Counted from the stretch's first letter, positions 47,404 through 57,008 are shown. The stretch: DNA of 64,000 nucleotides from a bacterium (GCA_030646995.1 JAUSKF010000002.1:12092-76091); one strand, 5' to 3'. Numbers and translations are program-made. The notes: generated by a model from the letters alone, not told the origin.

Positions 47404-48768
47404 ATGAACGAGGAAATAACTCCCAAAGTAGAGACGAAAGCATCCGGGTTTAACGGACTAGGAATTGCGCCGGGCATATTAGAAATGTTGGCTAAATTCG
47501 GTTATGAAACTCCGACTCCAATCCAAGAGCAGGCTATTCCGGTAGCAATGCAGGGAAAAGATATGGTGGGCATCGCTCAAACCGGCACGGGTAAAACTTT
47601 TGCTTTCGGAATTCCGATGATTCAGCGTTTGGCGCAAATCAAAGGCAGGGGATTAGTAGTACTTCCAACCCGCGAGCTGGCTACACAGGTAGATGAATCA
47701 CTTCACAAAATCGGAGGTCCGGGTTTACGCACTGCAGTTTTAATTGGCGGTATGGCAATGGGACCGCAAAAAGGCGCTTTGGCTCGTGATCCGCATATTA
47801 TTGTGGCCACCCCCGGACGCTTAAATGACCATCTTCAGCAAAGACTGGTGAGTTTGAGTAATGTGAAAATTGTGGTGCTTGATGAAGCCGACAGAATGTT
47901 GGATATGGGTTTTGCTCCGCAAATTCAGAAAATTTTTAACGCTCTTCCGGCTGAACGCCAAACGATGCTTTTTTCCGCCACAATGCCTCCGGAAATTATG
48001 ACGATGGCGACTAAGCATATGAAGCTGCCTATTCGCATTGAAGTAGCGCGATCCGGAAGTACCGCCGACAAAGTTACGCAGGAAATTTTTATTATCCGCA
48101 AAGAAGACAAAGTTCGCTTACTTGAAAAGCTTCTTCAGCAATATATCGGACCGGTATTAATTTTTACCAGAACTAAGCACGGAGCTAAGCGGCTTACTAG
48201 AGATGTTGCCGATATGGGTCACACCTCCGCCGAGTTGCACTCTAATCGCTCGGTCAATCAGCGCCGCGAAGCTTTGGACGGATTCAAAGCCGGAAAATAT
48301 CGCGTATTAATCGCTACCAATATTGCAGCCCGCGGTATTGATGTGAGCGGGATTGAATTGGTAGTCAATTTTGATTTACCGAGCGATACCGACGACTACG
48401 TGCACCGCATTGGCCGCACTGCTCGCGCCGGCGCTGAAGGTCACGCCATTTCTCTCGCTACTCCTGAACAACGAGGCGAGCTTCGCGACATTGAACGCCT
48501 GATTCAAAAGCGTTTGCAGGTTTCTCCGGTTCCGGAGCTTCCGCCTGCCCGACCGACAAGATACGTCCCAAGGGACGAGCCGAGATCTTTTCGTGGCGGC
48601 GGTCGGCCATCTTTTGGCGGAAGCCACGCTCAGCGGGGCGGTTCTCGCTCCGGTGGCGCTGGTCGCCCAAGTTTTGGGGGAGCCCTCCGCCGGCCGGCGG
48701 ACCGCCCGCATCCAGGAGGTTCTTTCGGCGGCGCTCGCCGCTCTCCTCGCCCCCGATTCCGCCGCTAG
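47404..48768 (+). CDS. DEAD-box RNA helicase (RhlE-like) with RGG-rich tail
   Basis: AQTGTGKT, PTRELA, DEAD, SAT, HRIGRTAR. Confidence 0.96.
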   Translation: MNEEITPKVETKASGFNGLGIAPGILEMLAKFGYETPTPIQEQAIPVAMQGKDMVGIAQTGTGKTFAFGIPMIQRLAQIKGRGLVVLPTRELATQVDESLHKIGGPGLRTAVLIGGMAMGPQKGALARDPHIIVATPGRLNDHLQQRLVSLSNVKIVVLDEADRMLDMGFAPQIQKIFNALPAERQTMLFSATMPPEIMTMATKHMKLPIRIEVARSGSTADKVTQEIFIIRKEDKVRLLEKLLQQYIGPVLIFTRTKHGAKRLTRDVADMGHTSAELHSNRSVNQRREALDGFKAGKYRVLIATNIAARGIDVSGIELVVNFDLPSDTDDYVHRIGRTARAGAEGHAISLATPEQRGELRDIERLIQKRLQVSPVPELPPARPTRYVPRDEPRSFRGGGRPSFGGSHAQRGGSRSGGAGRPSFGGALRRPADRPHPGGSFGGARRSPRPRFRR

Positions 48769-48964
48769 TTTATAATAGGTGCTATACTATTCCAGAAAGG
48801 TCTTTGGTTTTTCACAAAAAATAAAATGATCATTCTGAAAGAAGGAGAGGGCGAAAATTGCCCGACCTGCAGCCATCCGAAACACGAGGGAAAGCCCTGC
48901 GATTGCGGTTGCGGAAAATAACTTTTAAAAAACTGCTCTCGCAAGAGGGCAGTTTTTGTTACGT

Positions 48965-49075
48965 GTACCAGACTTATAGAAATTTAATGGGATGGTACGC
49001 GTACCAGACTTATAGAACTAAAGTGGGATGGTACTGCGTGCGTACCAGACTTATAGAAATTTAATAGGATGGTAT
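48965..49075 (+). repeat. Three tandem copies of the 34-bp TACCA-N22-TGGTA element
   Basis: Units 48965-48998, 49001-49034, 49042-49075 with gaps of 2 and 7 bp. Confidence 0.9.
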
Positions 49076-49102
49076 AATTAAAATAATTTCGTGAGAGGGT
49101 TG

Positions 49103-49582
49103 ATGGAAAAATTCTGGCTTTGGTATGAGCGGCACTATCGCATCAGTCTGGCGATTACCGCTTTTTTGTTTACCCTACAAATCGTCCATTTGATTTGGCT
49201 CGCCACAGACATTGTCTTGCCAGCAATTATCGGCACGCCCCATGTTTTCGCAGAAAATTCTTTCGCCAGAATCATTCTGGCGTTGGTGGATTACACCGAG
49301 ATACCGGCTCTCATCTCCGTCAATATACTTTATTTACGCCATCTGAAAATTTCGCCGTCCTTCAAGCATTACACCTACCTCGTCTTCATTAATCTCCAGT
49401 GGGCGCATTTGTTTTGGATTACTGATGAGATTATTCTTGAAACTTTTGGAAAGCATGGCGTCACGCCTGAATGGAATGTGTGGCTGGCGGTGCTGGCAAT
49501 CGGAATCGATTATCTGGAGCTTCCGGTGATTTATGAAACACTAAGGGAATTTTCCCGTCGTTTTTTAAGAAAAGCAGTATAA
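49103..49582 (+). CDS. Hypothetical membrane protein
   Basis: Internal repeats Q.VHL.WL / QWAHLFWI and DYTEIP / DYLELP. Confidence 0.75.
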   Translation: MEKFWLWYERHYRISLAITAFLFTLQIVHLIWLATDIVLPAIIGTPHVFAENSFARIILALVDYTEIPALISVNILYLRHLKISPSFKHYTYLVFINLQWAHLFWITDEIILETFGKHGVTPEWNVWLAVLAIGIDYLELPVIYETLREFSRRFLRKAV

Positions 49583-49589
49583 TCAGGTT

Positions 49590-51656
49590 ATGAATTATAC
49601 CTGCCCGATGCATCCGGAGATAAAACGGAGTCAGCCCGGTATTTGCCCGGAATGCGGAATGACCCTAGTACCCGATAAAGAAAAACGGAGTTCGGATAAA
49701 CACGCCGGCCACCGCACTGCGGATTTTTTAAAAAAGTTTTCAATCAGCTTATTATTGACCATTCCGGTTATTTTATATTCCGACATCATCACCAATCTGA
49801 CCGGATTTCGGGCGCCAACTTTCCCTGGCGCCGGTTTTCTGCCGTTGATCTTAAGTTCAATAGTATTTTTTTATTGCGGATGGGTTTTCTTGACGGGCGC
49901 CTGGAGAGAAATAACCGCAAAATTGCCGGGTATGATGACGCTGATAGCCATCGCCACCTCTACCGCCTACCTATACAGCGTTATTTCTGTCTTTCTGAAA
50001 GGAGAAACTCTTTTTTGGGAGTTGACCACGTTAATCACTGTGATGCTTCTGGGTCATTGGCTGGAAATGCGTGCGGTCAGTGGCGCTCAAGGAGCGCTTA
50101 AAGAACTTTCAAAACTACTACCGGACACAGCAGAAATTTTGCGAAACGGCCAGCCGGAAAAAATACCGGTGGGTGATTTGAGAGAATGGGATTTGGTTTT
50201 CGTCCGACCGGGAGGCCGGATTCCGGCTGATGGGATAATTTCTGACGGACAATCACAAGTAAATGAGGCAATGATTACCGGCGAATCAGCGCCCGTTGCA
50301 AAGAAAATCGGCAGTGAAGTGATCGCAGGCACTATCAACGGCGACGGTTCTTTAACTATAAAAATCACCAAAGTAGGAGAAAAAACTTTTTTGTCCGGAA
50401 TAATGCGTCTTGTGTTGGAGGCTCAATCTTCTAAATCCCGTCTTCAAGTTCTTTCTGACAGGGCCGCCTTTTACCTGACGACAGTTGCGGTGGCCGGAGG
50501 AGGGGCAACTTTAATTTCTTGGATTCTTTCCGGGGCGGGAGCGGGTTTCGCGATTGAAAGAATGGTGGCAGTGCTGGTTATTGCTTGCCCTCACGCTCTC
50601 GGACTCGCCGTTCCACTGGTCGCCTCTATATCTACGACACTCGCGGCTCGCAACGGATTTTTAGTGCGTCAACGTTTAGCATTGGAGCAAGCCAGAAATA
50701 TTGACGTGGTTCTTTTTGATAAAACCGGCACGCTGACCAAGGGAGAGTTCGGCGTTACCAATATTTGGCCGGTGGGCTCGGAAAATGAAAAAGAAATTTT
50801 AGAACTGGCCGCTAGTGTGGATGCGCAATCGGAGCATGTTATCTCAAAGGCAATCGTCACAAGAGCGATGGGCGCGGGAACGAAACTAAAAGAAGTAAAA
50901 AACTTTAAACGATTACCCGGCAAGGGCGTGAGCGGAGAAATTGATGGCTCGGAAATAGCAGTCGGCGGGCAGGCAATGCTGGAAAGTTACGATTTAAATA
51001 TTGAAGGCGGCCTAAGAGAAATAACTGAAGCCGAAAGTAAAAAAGGAAAGACTTTAATCTTCTTAATTAAAGATAGAAAACTTTGGGGAATCTTGGCCTT
51101 GGCAGATTTAATACGCGAAGAATCGCGAGAGGCTATTTCGTCTTTGCAAAAATCCGGAGTAAGGGTTGCGATGATTACCGGTGATTCCGAGGGCGTGGCC
51201 GCTTGGGTTGCTGGTGAATTAAACATAAGTGAATATTTTTATAAGGTTTTGCCGGGTGAAAAAGCCGAGAAAGTGAAATTACTGCAATCTAAGGGGCAAA
51301 AAGTGGCGATGATCGGTGACGGCATCAACGACGCGCCGGCTCTTACGCAGGCTGACCTCGGCATCGCAATCGGCGCGGGGACTAACGTTGCAATTGAATC
51401 AGCTGGAATTATTTTAATGAGAAGCGATCCGCGGGATATTATAAAAATCATTAGACTCTCAAAGCTAACTTACTCCAAGATGATCCAAAATCTTTTCTGG
51501 GCGACCGGATATAATGTGGTGGCAATGCCGCTGGCCGCGGGAGTCCTAGTGAGCCAGGGGATTATTCTGGAACCGGCACTGGCGGCCTTACTGATGTCGG
51601 TCAGCACCATAATTGTGGCCTTGAACGCTGTCTTGTTGAAAAGAAGGCGTTTGTAA
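49590..51656 (+). CDS. Copper-translocating P1B-type ATPase (CPH type, CopB-like)
   Basis: YTCPMHP..CP.CGM N-terminal domain, TGES, ACPHALG, DKTGT, GDGINDAP, YN, MSVS. Confidence 0.95.
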   Translation: MNYTCPMHPEIKRSQPGICPECGMTLVPDKEKRSSDKHAGHRTADFLKKFSISLLLTIPVILYSDIITNLTGFRAPTFPGAGFLPLILSSIVFFYCGWVFLTGAWREITAKLPGMMTLIAIATSTAYLYSVISVFLKGETLFWELTTLITVMLLGHWLEMRAVSGAQGALKELSKLLPDTAEILRNGQPEKIPVGDLREWDLVFVRPGGRIPADGIISDGQSQVNEAMITGESAPVAKKIGSEVIAGTINGDGSLTIKITKVGEKTFLSGIMRLVLEAQSSKSRLQVLSDRAAFYLTTVAVAGGGATLISWILSGAGAGFAIERMVAVLVIACPHALGLAVPLVASISTTLAARNGFLVRQRLALEQARNIDVVLFDKTGTLTKGEFGVTNIWPVGSENEKEILELAASVDAQSEHVISKAIVTRAMGAGTKLKEVKNFKRLPGKGVSGEIDGSEIAVGGQAMLESYDLNIEGGLREITEAESKKGKTLIFLIKDRKLWGILALADLIREESREAISSLQKSGVRVAMITGDSEGVAAWVAGELNISEYFYKVLPGEKAEKVKLLQSKGQKVAMIGDGINDAPALTQADLGIAIGAGTNVAIESAGIILMRSDPRDIIKIIRLSKLTYSKMIQNLFWATGYNVVAMPLAAGVLVSQGIILEPALAALLMSVSTIIVALNAVLLKRRRL

Positions 51657-51670
51657 GCTAACTTACCAAT

Positions 51671-52012
51671 ATGGTTAAAGCGTTCTCAATTTTAATGTTG
51701 CTCGCTATCGGTCTAACCTTGGGGGCCGGTCTTTTTGTTTACGCCTCAGATCATTCGGAAGCTAACGGCCTCTGCCCAATATCCGTGATGTCAAAGGCCG
51801 CCTGCCCAGCCAAGAGCGGCCTTTTGAGCTTATTGTTGGCAATCAGCTTTCTGTTCGCTGTATTTTTTAACAAAAAAATCTTCGCATCATTAAAACCGAA
51901 GAAACAATACTATGGTCACCGGATCACCTTTTCCAGTCTCTATCAATTGAAATTTTCCGATTGGCTGACTTTGCATGAGAAACGCGACCCTTCTTTGTTT
52001 TTAGGGTATTGA
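51671..52012 (+). CDS. Small membrane protein with a Cys pair, upstream of copper genes
   Basis: TM-CP......CP-TM-WLTLHEKRDP. Confidence 0.6.
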   Translation: MVKAFSILMLLAIGLTLGAGLFVYASDHSEANGLCPISVMSKAACPAKSGLLSLLLAISFLFAVFFNKKIFASLKPKKQYYGHRITFSSLYQLKFSDWLTLHEKRDPSLFLGY

Positions 52013-52092
52013 TTTGCGCAGTCTAACTGCGTGTTTAGTATTACAAATCAATGCCCGCTTTAGTCGAGCGGGCATTTTTAACTGAAAGATAA

Positions 52093-52545
52093 ATGGACAA
52101 AAAATCATTCTTACTGGGTCTGAGCGCTATACTGATAGTAGTATCGGCTTTTGCTTTTATGGCGACCCGTTCTTCATCCGGACAAAGCATAACCGTCTAT
52201 AAATCTCCCACTTGTGGGTGCTGCGGAGGATATATCACCTATCTGAAGAAAAACAATTTCCAGGTTACGGTCGTGGAAAAAACAAACCGTACGGAATTAA
52301 GGGAAAAATTCCACATCCCGGCTGATATGGAGAGTTGCCATACTTCCGTTGTGAATAATTATGTTGTCGAAGGGCATGTCCCAGTAGAGGCAATCAATAA
52401 GTTACTGGCGGAAAAGCCCGATATAGACGGCATTACCTTACCGGAAATGCCGGCCGGATCTCCCGGAATGGGCGGCGCAAAATCCGGTCCGTGGACAGTC
52501 TACGCCTTATCGAAAGGCGCAAAATCAGAATTCCTAATTAAATAA
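52093..52545 (+). CDS. DUF411 metal-binding protein
   Basis: VYKSPTCGCC, SCHT, EGHVP, MPAGSPGM. Confidence 0.92.
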   Translation: MDKKSFLLGLSAILIVVSAFAFMATRSSSGQSITVYKSPTCGCCGGYITYLKKNNFQVTVVEKTNRTELREKFHIPADMESCHTSVVNNYVVEGHVPVEAINKLLAEKPDIDGITLPEMPAGSPGMGGAKSGPWTVYALSKGAKSEFLIK

Positions 52546-52547
52546 AT

Positions 52548-53771
52548 ATGGCTTTCCTAACTTTGGTTGAATTCGTTGTTGTGTATCTTTGGGGTTGGTT
52601 AGTCCTGACTATTCTTGCCAGTGTCGGCATTTTCTTGCTAATTAAAAAGTACTATAGAATAGAGATGGCGATTTTTGGTGTGATAGCGGTCGTGGGGCTG
52701 GTGGCGATTTTATTCGGACCCAAAATCTTCCCAAAGGCTTTTGAATACCCCCCATTTCTTACCACCTTCGGACCATCAGACGGTCCGGCTCTGCCGTTCA
52801 AAAGCGCCATTGCTTTCCTGAAAAACTATTCAAAAATGGAAAAGGTGGAGAATATCGCGCGTAATCCAAACGATATTCCTCCACCAATTACCCGCAATTA
52901 TCCTGAAAAGATAAAAATTAATCTGACGACGAAAGAAGTGATATCGGAAATTGCGCCCGGCACCTTCATGAATTACTGGACGTTTAACGGCACGGTTCCG
53001 GGTCCATTTTTACGGGTTCGCGAGGGCGATACGGTGGAATTGACGCTCACCAATGACAAGTCCAGCGTCCACGCGCACAACATAGATCTGCACGCGGTGA
53101 ATGGGCCTGGAGGAGGAGCGGCGCTGACAAATGTTGATCCGGGCGAAACAAAGTCTTTTACTTTCCAAGCTCTAAACCCCGGGTTATATGTATATCACTG
53201 CGCTCATCCCAATGTCGCTACGCATGACACGCATGGTATGTACGGCTTGATTTTAGTTGAACCGATAGGAGGATTAACAAAAGTTGATAAGGAATTTTAT
53301 GTGATGCAGGGCGAGCTTTACACGACGGGCGATATTGGTAAAAAGGGATTGCAAATTTTTGACGCAGTCAAAATGCTGAACGGCAAACCGGAATACATAG
53401 TCTTCAACGGAAAAACTTCAGCGTTAACCACGAACGTCAAAGCGAAGGTGGGGGACCGGGTCCGGTTTTTTGTCGGTAACGGAGGAGTAAATCTGATTTC
53501 TTCCTTCCATGTCATCGGCGAAATTTTCGACACTGTTTATCCAGAGGCTTCAATTGGTGGGGCGTTATTCAAGAATGTTCAGACAACGATAGTGCCGGCT
53601 GGCGGGGCGACAATAACGGAATTTTTGCTCAACGTTCCGGGTAAATATCCTTTCGTGGATCATGCTTTGGCCAGAATTGAGCGCGGCGCCTGGGGAGTTT
53701 TAGATGTAGCGGGCGAAGAAGACGTCAGAATCTTTTCTGGAGATTTTGAAGCAGACGACCATAGTCATTAA
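52548..53771 (+). CDS. nirK: Copper-containing nitrite reductase with N-terminal TM anchor
   Basis: HNIDLHA, YHCAHP...H..HGMYG, SSFHVIGEIFD, VDHA. Confidence 0.9.
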   Translation: MAFLTLVEFVVVYLWGWLVLTILASVGIFLLIKKYYRIEMAIFGVIAVVGLVAILFGPKIFPKAFEYPPFLTTFGPSDGPALPFKSAIAFLKNYSKMEKVENIARNPNDIPPPITRNYPEKIKINLTTKEVISEIAPGTFMNYWTFNGTVPGPFLRVREGDTVELTLTNDKSSVHAHNIDLHAVNGPGGGAALTNVDPGETKSFTFQALNPGLYVYHCAHPNVATHDTHGMYGLILVEPIGGLTKVDKEFYVMQGELYTTGDIGKKGLQIFDAVKMLNGKPEYIVFNGKTSALTTNVKAKVGDRVRFFVGNGGVNLISSFHVIGEIFDTVYPEASIGGALFKNVQTTIVPAGGATITEFLLNVPGKYPFVDHALARIERGAWGVLDVAGEEDVRIFSGDFEADDHSH

Positions 53772-53805
53772 TTAACAAATAGCCGGAAGGTGGTAGAATA
53801 GAAGG

Positions 53806-54600
53806 ATGAAAAAAATAAATTATTCAGCCGCCGCCGGAGCCGTTGTTTTGTTCGCCATGCCCATCTTAGTGGGAGCTACATCTGTGATTCCGGTTCAATA
53901 TGAATTACGTGACAGCTCATCTGATTCGGTGGATTTGAAAGTTGAAAGCTCTGTGATTGTAGATGTTAATAGAGACGGATTACCGGATTTGCAGACTGTC
54001 GGTGGGCGGGCAGAGCTGGATAAATTCAATTCCGGAACGGGTGGCGACGCGCCAAGCGCGATTAACACCAGTCATTCGAATATAAAAAATATGATTTCGT
54101 CAGACAACGATCCGAATGATCCTCAAGGTTCGCCAAGATTACTCCCGACCGTCAATAAAAAAACCGCGAAAGTAACGGTTCGTGGTTGGGATGCCGAAAA
54201 GAAAGAGGCAATAATGGGAATGGAAGCCAACGTGAAGGCGACCGTTGAGGCTGACGAAAATATCAGCTCGATTACGATTGCTCCCGATAAGATTGAAATG
54301 GCTTACCGCCGCCCGGCGAAACTATTTGGATTTATTCCGGTAGCTTATCAGCACGCTTTTACAGTTGATGAAAAAGGTAATGTGGCCCAAGGGCACCCGT
54401 GGTGGCTGATGTTTGCGAAGGACGATGCTGATAATTTTGGTTCTGACGTAAAATATATTTTCCAGAATAATCAAACCGATTTAGTTTTCATCAAAATGCA
54501 GACAATAATGCAACAGCAGATGCAACGATTTAGCGCGTTGAGCAATGTCATGAAGAGCCGGCACGAGGCGGCGATGAATTCCATCCGGAACATGAAGTAG
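53806..54600 (+). CDS. Secreted hypothetical protein (mosaic of short motifs)
   Basis: Signal peptide; AKLFGFIPV...PWW; Q/M-rich amphipathic C-terminal helix. Confidence 0.7.
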   Translation: MKKINYSAAAGAVVLFAMPILVGATSVIPVQYELRDSSSDSVDLKVESSVIVDVNRDGLPDLQTVGGRAELDKFNSGTGGDAPSAINTSHSNIKNMISSDNDPNDPQGSPRLLPTVNKKTAKVTVRGWDAEKKEAIMGMEANVKATVEADENISSITIAPDKIEMAYRRPAKLFGFIPVAYQHAFTVDEKGNVAQGHPWWLMFAKDDADNFGSDVKYIFQNNQTDLVFIKMQTIMQQQMQRFSALSNVMKSRHEAAMNSIRNMK

Positions 54601-54663
54601 GAGGATTGGGTTATGCACAATAGAAAATTCCCCTTTGTCGGGGAATTTTCTATAATTAAGGAG

Positions 54664-54939
54664 ATGGAAGGAGAAGCATTACCCGCCCAGAGAAAACCAA
54701 CCCTAATAACGGCAATTATTATTTTGGCCGTTGTTATTGCCGCGGTGGCTGGGTATTTTGTTTGGAGAAATTCATCCACCACTCCGGAAGAGCGAGCCTT
54801 TAATGCTCTGGACCAGGCCGCGCAAACCGGCACGTTGCCAATAATCGATCCGTCCGGCAATCCGGCGGAGAGTTTACCGACGGTTAATCCGGTTGATCAG
54901 ATCAATCCTTTCGGGAAAACTTATAAAAATCCATTTTAA
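54664..54939 (+). CDS. Small single-TM protein
   Basis: TM followed by NP-rich tail ending YKNPF. Confidence 0.7.
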   Translation: MEGEALPAQRKPTLITAIIILAVVIAAVAGYFVWRNSSTTPEERAFNALDQAAQTGTLPIIDPSGNPAESLPTVNPVDQINPFGKTYKNPF

Positions 54940-54941
54940 AA

Positions 54942-57008
54942 ATGACGAAACAATCTTTAGCTTTGCTGGTTTCCGCGATGCTGGTCTTAACGGGGCTAGC
55001 CGTTTCTTACAGTTTAGTCGCCCAAGCGCAAACAAATTTAAATTCTTCGGTTTCTGTAAAAAAACAACCGGATGATGGACTTTTTACTATTACGGTTAGT
55101 GATTCCGATGGTATCCAGGAATTTAATTTTCAACCGGCCGCGGGGGCTAGATATGGTGGGGAATTGAAATGCCCAAAAACTTTCTCAAACAACAACGTAT
55201 TATTTGTTGAATCAGAAGCTTTTAATCCGGCGATGAAAGTGACAATTACCGATTGCAAAAAAAATGTCGCTGAATTTGAAATCGGCCCATTAACAAATGG
55301 ATCCGGCAAAGGAGTTTTGACCAATCAGCCGAAAGTGGAGCCAGTTCCTACGCCGGCGCCGAAACCGGAACCAAAAGAAGAATCAACTGCGCCTTCTAAA
55401 GAAGACATCAAATATCCCATTAAAGAATTAGGAAATTGCGGCAGTGAGACAGCTTGCCGAACATACTGCGACAAACCTGATAACTATTCCGAGTGCTTTG
55501 CTTTTGCAAAAAAATTCGGTCTTTTAGATGAGAAATTGGCGAATAAATCAGAAGAGGAATTAGAAGATTTCGCCAAGACTCTAAAAACCGGTGGTCCTGG
55601 TGGCTGTAAAGACCAAAAGTCTTGCGAAGCTTATTGCAACGACACCTCTCGCTTAAATGAATGTTTGGCTTTTGGCGAGAAGCACGGCCTTATGAGTCAA
55701 AAAGATCTGGAAGAGGGCAGGAAAATACAAGCTATTCTAGCGCAAGGCGGAACGTTGCCCGGTGGATGCAAAAATAAAAATGAGTGCGAGGCCTACTGCG
55801 CTGGCGGGGATCATATTGAAGAATGTTTGGCCTTCGCGGAAAAAGCCGGATTTATGCCACCGGAGGAATTGAAGCAAGCAAGAAAGGCGATGGAATTTAT
55901 GGCCCGAGGAGAAACTCCAGGCAACTGCAAATCTAAAGCGCAATGCGAGGCCTACTGTGAAGATGAAAGTCATTTTGAGTCCTGCATCGCTTTCGCGGAA
56001 AAAGCAGGGTTTATGTCTCAAGAAGAGCTGCAAATGGCGAAAAAATCCGGTGGTAAAGGCCCCGGTGGCTGTCGTGGTAAATCACAATGCGAAACTTTTT
56101 GCCAAGACGAACGCAACATTGAACAATGCCTGTCTTTTGCAGAAGAACACGGATTGATGAAGAAGGAGGACGTTGAAAGAGCTAGGAAGACCGGCGGGAA
56201 GGGGCCTGGAGGATGTCGCGGTAAAGCATGTGAAACTTTCTGTGACACTCCGGATCATCAGGATGTTTGCGTAGAGTTCGCCAAAGAGCATGGCCTGCTT
56301 TCTGAAGAAGATCTCAAACGAATGGAGGAGGGTCAACAAAGTTTCCGCAACGCTCTGGATCAAGCTCCGCCGGAAGTTAAGGAATGTTTAGCAAAACAAG
56401 GAATTGATGAAAATAATCCGCCGAGAAGGGGCATAGAAAAACAAATGCAGGAATGCTTCCAGGCCTTCCAGGGGCAAGGCGGACCTGGTGAGGGTGGTAC
56501 TGGCGGCCAGCACAATGAAGAATTCTCTCGCCAGCACGATGAAATACGATCGGCTCAATTCCAGAAAGAAGGTGGTCCGTCCGGCGAACACAACCAAGAA
56601 CGCTCCAGCCAACAATATTTAGAAGGCAAGCCGCCGATGCACGACTCAACAGTTTCCGCCGAACAGTATTCAGGAGGCAAGCCACCAGAGCACGACTCCA
56701 AGATTTCCTCAGAACAGTATTTAGGCGGAGATAAAAGGATGACGTGTCCTTCTATGCCGACAGTGGATTCTTGCCCTGACGGCCAAGAAAAGTTTGCCGC
56801 TTACAGCTCTCCGGATTGCGGCACTTACTATGCCTGCCAGCCAAAGCAACAAGAGTATCAACAACAGCAACACTCAGAAGACCAATCGCGCCTTCAATCC
56901 CAACAGCAATATCCGACCCGAGAGGTTTCGTCACCAACTACCGCAAATATCAATGATTCTTTGTTGGGGCAAGTTCTACACATCCTAGCCAATCTTTTGC
57001 ACTTGTAG
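54942..57008 (+). CDS. Secreted Cys-rich repeat protein
   Basis: Six repeats G[GN]C...C..[YF]C........C..FA...G[LF][LM]. Confidence 0.85.
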   Translation: MTKQSLALLVSAMLVLTGLAVSYSLVAQAQTNLNSSVSVKKQPDDGLFTITVSDSDGIQEFNFQPAAGARYGGELKCPKTFSNNNVLFVESEAFNPAMKVTITDCKKNVAEFEIGPLTNGSGKGVLTNQPKVEPVPTPAPKPEPKEESTAPSKEDIKYPIKELGNCGSETACRTYCDKPDNYSECFAFAKKFGLLDEKLANKSEEELEDFAKTLKTGGPGGCKDQKSCEAYCNDTSRLNECLAFGEKHGLMSQKDLEEGRKIQAILAQGGTLPGGCKNKNECEAYCAGGDHIEECLAFAEKAGFMPPEELKQARKAMEFMARGETPGNCKSKAQCEAYCEDESHFESCIAFAEKAGFMSQEELQMAKKSGGKGPGGCRGKSQCETFCQDERNIEQCLSFAEEHGLMKKEDVERARKTGGKGPGGCRGKACETFCDTPDHQDVCVEFAKEHGLLSEEDLKRMEEGQQSFRNALDQAPPEVKECLAKQGIDENNPPRRGIEKQMQECFQAFQGQGGPGEGGTGGQHNEEFSRQHDEIRSAQFQKEGGPSGEHNQERSSQQYLEGKPPMHDSTVSAEQYSGGKPPEHDSKISSEQYLGGDKRMTCPSMPTVDSCPDGQEKFAAYSSPDCGTYYACQPKQQEYQQQQHSEDQSRLQSQQQYPTREVSSPTTANINDSLLGQVLHILANLLHL

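Noticed and set aside
48858-49064. 68-aa ORF with YQTYR repeats
   Set aside because: Translation of the DNA repeat and a terminator; TTG start; no independent support
48965-49075. CRISPR array
   Set aside because: Gaps are only 2 and 7 bp, the repeats vary internally, and no cas genes are in the window
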